From: Gemmata obscuriglobus
GTDB lineage: Bacteria; Planctomycetota; Planctomycetia; Gemmatales; Gemmataceae
Assembly (NCBI RefSeq): GCF_008065095.1
Contig: NZ_CP042911.1
Coordinates: forward strand, 8,670,001-8,702,000
DNA length: 32,000 nucleotides
Reading direction: 5' to 3'
Of the stretch, positions 30,231-32,000 are shown piece by piece (the first letter of the stretch is position 1; the number at the start of each line of letters is the position of its first letter). The notes under the pieces were generated by a model that was not told the origin of the DNA, did not search any database, and saw only the letters and a program-made list of their open reading frames with translations. The position numbers were made by a program, and so were the translations under genes.

Positions 30231-31695
30231 CGAACCGCCCCGGAGAGGAGTAACGGATGCCACGCCCGTGAGCGTGGCGCGGAAGGCGACCGCTACCTGA
30301 GCGTCAGTCCCAGGTGTGGCGAGGCGCGCCGTCGGTAAATCAGGACTTACCATACCCGATTTTGGCTGTTTCGGACTTCCGGAAGTTTGAGCGGCCCGCG
30401 CACGCACGTCGCACGGCGACCGACTTCACGCACCACAGCGACACAGCACACGCCGATAACCGCTCGTAAATAACGTCCTGGTAACGCCTTATCGATACGA
30501 TATCCTGTTGCGACGGGACCGATTCTCGCGTCTGCCGGGCCGCGGGTCGGTCCACGCCGACACGATTTTGGTGGTAGCAACCGCCCAGCGAACAGGTAGT
30601 TTGCCGGTAGTCGGACGGTAGCCAATGTCCAGTCGGCCCCCCATCGCCCGCAGCCATCCCGTTCTGTCGATGCGCCCGGCGGAATTACGGCCCGAACGTC
30701 ACACCACCTTCCCGATCGGAGTGGAGCCGTCCGATGGCGGACCGGGTACGGAGGGCTGATCCCACTGTTGAAACTCCAGCCTCCCATCGGTGGGCGTCTA
30801 CTGTTACAGATGGCAAGCCGGCCCCCACCAGCCGCCGGAACCCAAACACGCACCGCGTCACATCTCTCGGCCGCGCCGATCGGCCGGCACACACCACCCG
30901 TCCATGCTGACGGTGCCGCTTCAGAAGCCGTAATCTCGGCTCGTCGCGGCACGGACCTGGGTGGCGATCGCTTTCACAACGCCGTCGGTGCCGACCTGTT
31001 GCGGAGCCGCGTTGGGCCGAAAGAGGTCGGGACGGAACCCCTGTCTCGGCGCGCAAGCTGTCATCTCGTCGCGGGGCGCGACACGCCTGGCGGAGGAAGG
31101 AGTGGATCGTGAGGCGATACGCCGGCACCGGTAACGGCTCGACGAGTTACTCGGCGCGTCGCAGGTGCATGGCGGCGAGGGCAGGAACCGGGATGACCGA
31201 GCCGGGCCGCGGCTCGCGTCACCTGAACCGGTGCTTTCACTCAAGCAAGCAAGATAGAGTGCGCCAGCACTAGACCGCCAGTTTGCCAGGTATTAACCAT
31301 GACCGAATTGGCACAATCGCAATTATTAAATCCCGCGCCTGTGTAAGTGCCTGGCGACTTGGGGTAACTACTAGGTTTACTTCACACCCATTTCCCATTT
31401 GATATCGCATGCCGCAGCATCTACACGCCTTCAAGCTCACGTAAAAGCGCAACGCCCCGTCAATTGCAATCAATATCACATTATTCTATTTCTTAAATTG
31501 ATATATTTTCCGAATTAGTCAAATTTATTCAGTCAACAACGATCAACCTATCTGAGACGGGCTTGTATACGCGCTATCGTACTTGTGCGTGTTAGCTCAG
31601 AATTCGGTTAGGCGGTCGGCCCTGCGCCGTGCCGGTCCCGGGCGCTCCACGCGGCCGCCGGGCGGCCCGCGACCGCACAGAAGGAGACACGACTC

Positions 31696-32000
31696 GTGAT
31701 TGATTCCATCCTTGCGGCGCTGTCGAAGTTGCGGCTGGGGCCGCGCCTGGTGGGCGGGTTCTTGATCATCGCCGGGGCGTGCGCGTTCCTCGCGTACCAG
31801 TCGATGGACGCGCTCAACGGGCTCCGCGAGTGCCAGGTCAACGCCAACACCAACCTGTTCCCCTCGGCCCTGGCCCTGGGCAAAATGGGCACCAACATCG
31901 TGGCGATCCAGCGCACCGAGCGCACCGCGGTCATCTTCGGCAAGCGCGGCGACGAGGCGACCCTGGGCACGGCCAAGGCGGCGTGCGAGCAGGGGCGGCG
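31696..32000 (+). CDS. N-terminus of a 4HB_MCP-type sensor (methyl-accepting chemotaxis protein or sensor kinase), 3' partial
   Basis: GTG 31696 is preceded by AAGGAGA (31681-31687). The translation is VIDSILAALSKLRLGPRLVGGFLIIAGACAFLAYQSMDALNGLRE..., the usual N-terminal TM plus four-helix-bundle start. The frame is open to the window end. Not in the ORF track because there is no stop in the window. Confidence 0.55.
   Translation, partial: MIDSILAALSKLRLGPRLVGGFLIIAGACAFLAYQSMDALNGLRECQVNANTNLFPSALALGKMGTNIVAIQRTERTAVIFGKRGDEATLGTAKAACEQGR

Noticed and set aside
30340-31244. ORFs of 105-201 aa in the large gap (30340..30657, 30347..30952, 30685..31128, 30768..31112, 30921..31244)
   Set aside because: They overlap one another on both strands, have Arg/Pro/Gly/Cys-rich composition, and lack motifs, signal peptides or plausible start contexts. 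I cannot support any of them as a gene.
31109-31273. 54-codon GTG ORF with a good Shine-Dalgarno-like GGAGGAAGGAG 6 nt upstream
   Set aside because: The product (VRRYAGTGNGSTSYSARRRCMAARAGTGMTEPGRGSRHLNRCFHSSKQDRVRQH) is Arg-rich, with no hydrophobic core or known motif. The SD-like string alone is insufficient evidence. It would need ribosome profiling or conservation to be believed.
31270-31479. 69-aa minus-strand ORF in the AT-rich tract
   Set aside because: No RBS or homology signal was recognised. The ORF is most simply explained by chance in a short AT-rich segment.
31608-31976. 122-aa minus-strand ORF at the right edge
   Set aside because: It is antisense to the much more plausible plus-strand sensor N-terminus (SD plus GTG, a TM segment and a 4HB-like sequence).

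Overview
Very GC-rich bacterial chromosomal segment. The gene content (Tat- and Sec-signal hydrolases, a secreted HEAT-repeat protein, an oversized SecA) resembles Planctomycetota/Gemmata-like genomes, but that placement is inference only. Most of the window is ordinary, tightly packed housekeeping or envelope coding sequence. Plus strand: a translationally coupled ligase / Lhr-type helicase / PdeM DNA-damage cluster (ligase cut by the left edge), TreZ, RecQ, a membrane metallophosphoesterase, a HEAT-repeat protein, an inositol monophosphatase, an ABC-F ATPase, a beta-carbonic anhydrase, and the N-terminus of a 4HB-type sensor at the right edge. Minus strand: an EF-hand/LTxxQ periplasmic protein, an intradiol-dioxygenase-like protein, SelO, a 1303-aa SecA, a DltD/DUF1574-like protein, a BamE-like protein, a serine hydrolase and a GH140-like hydrolase. 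The one clearly accessory stretch is 18.8-21.3 kb. It holds an intact IS3-family element flanked on its two sides by fragments of two unrelated transposases (IS5-like and IS66-like) with no target duplication. Next to it is a roughly 0.5 kb lower-GC island containing two abutting perfect inverted repeats, directly downstream of secA. Other unexplained structure: a REP/MITE-like double hairpin (13806-13933), inverted heptamer arrays (12850-12961), a roughly 250-aa repeat-containing expansion in the SecA wing region, and a 1.46 kb gene-free gap with a strongly AT-rich core (30231-31695). I did not find a convincing new multi-gene system such as a defence island. No rRNA, tRNA or CRISPR array was recognised. 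All calls rest on reading the ORF translations and the DNA by eye; no searches were run.
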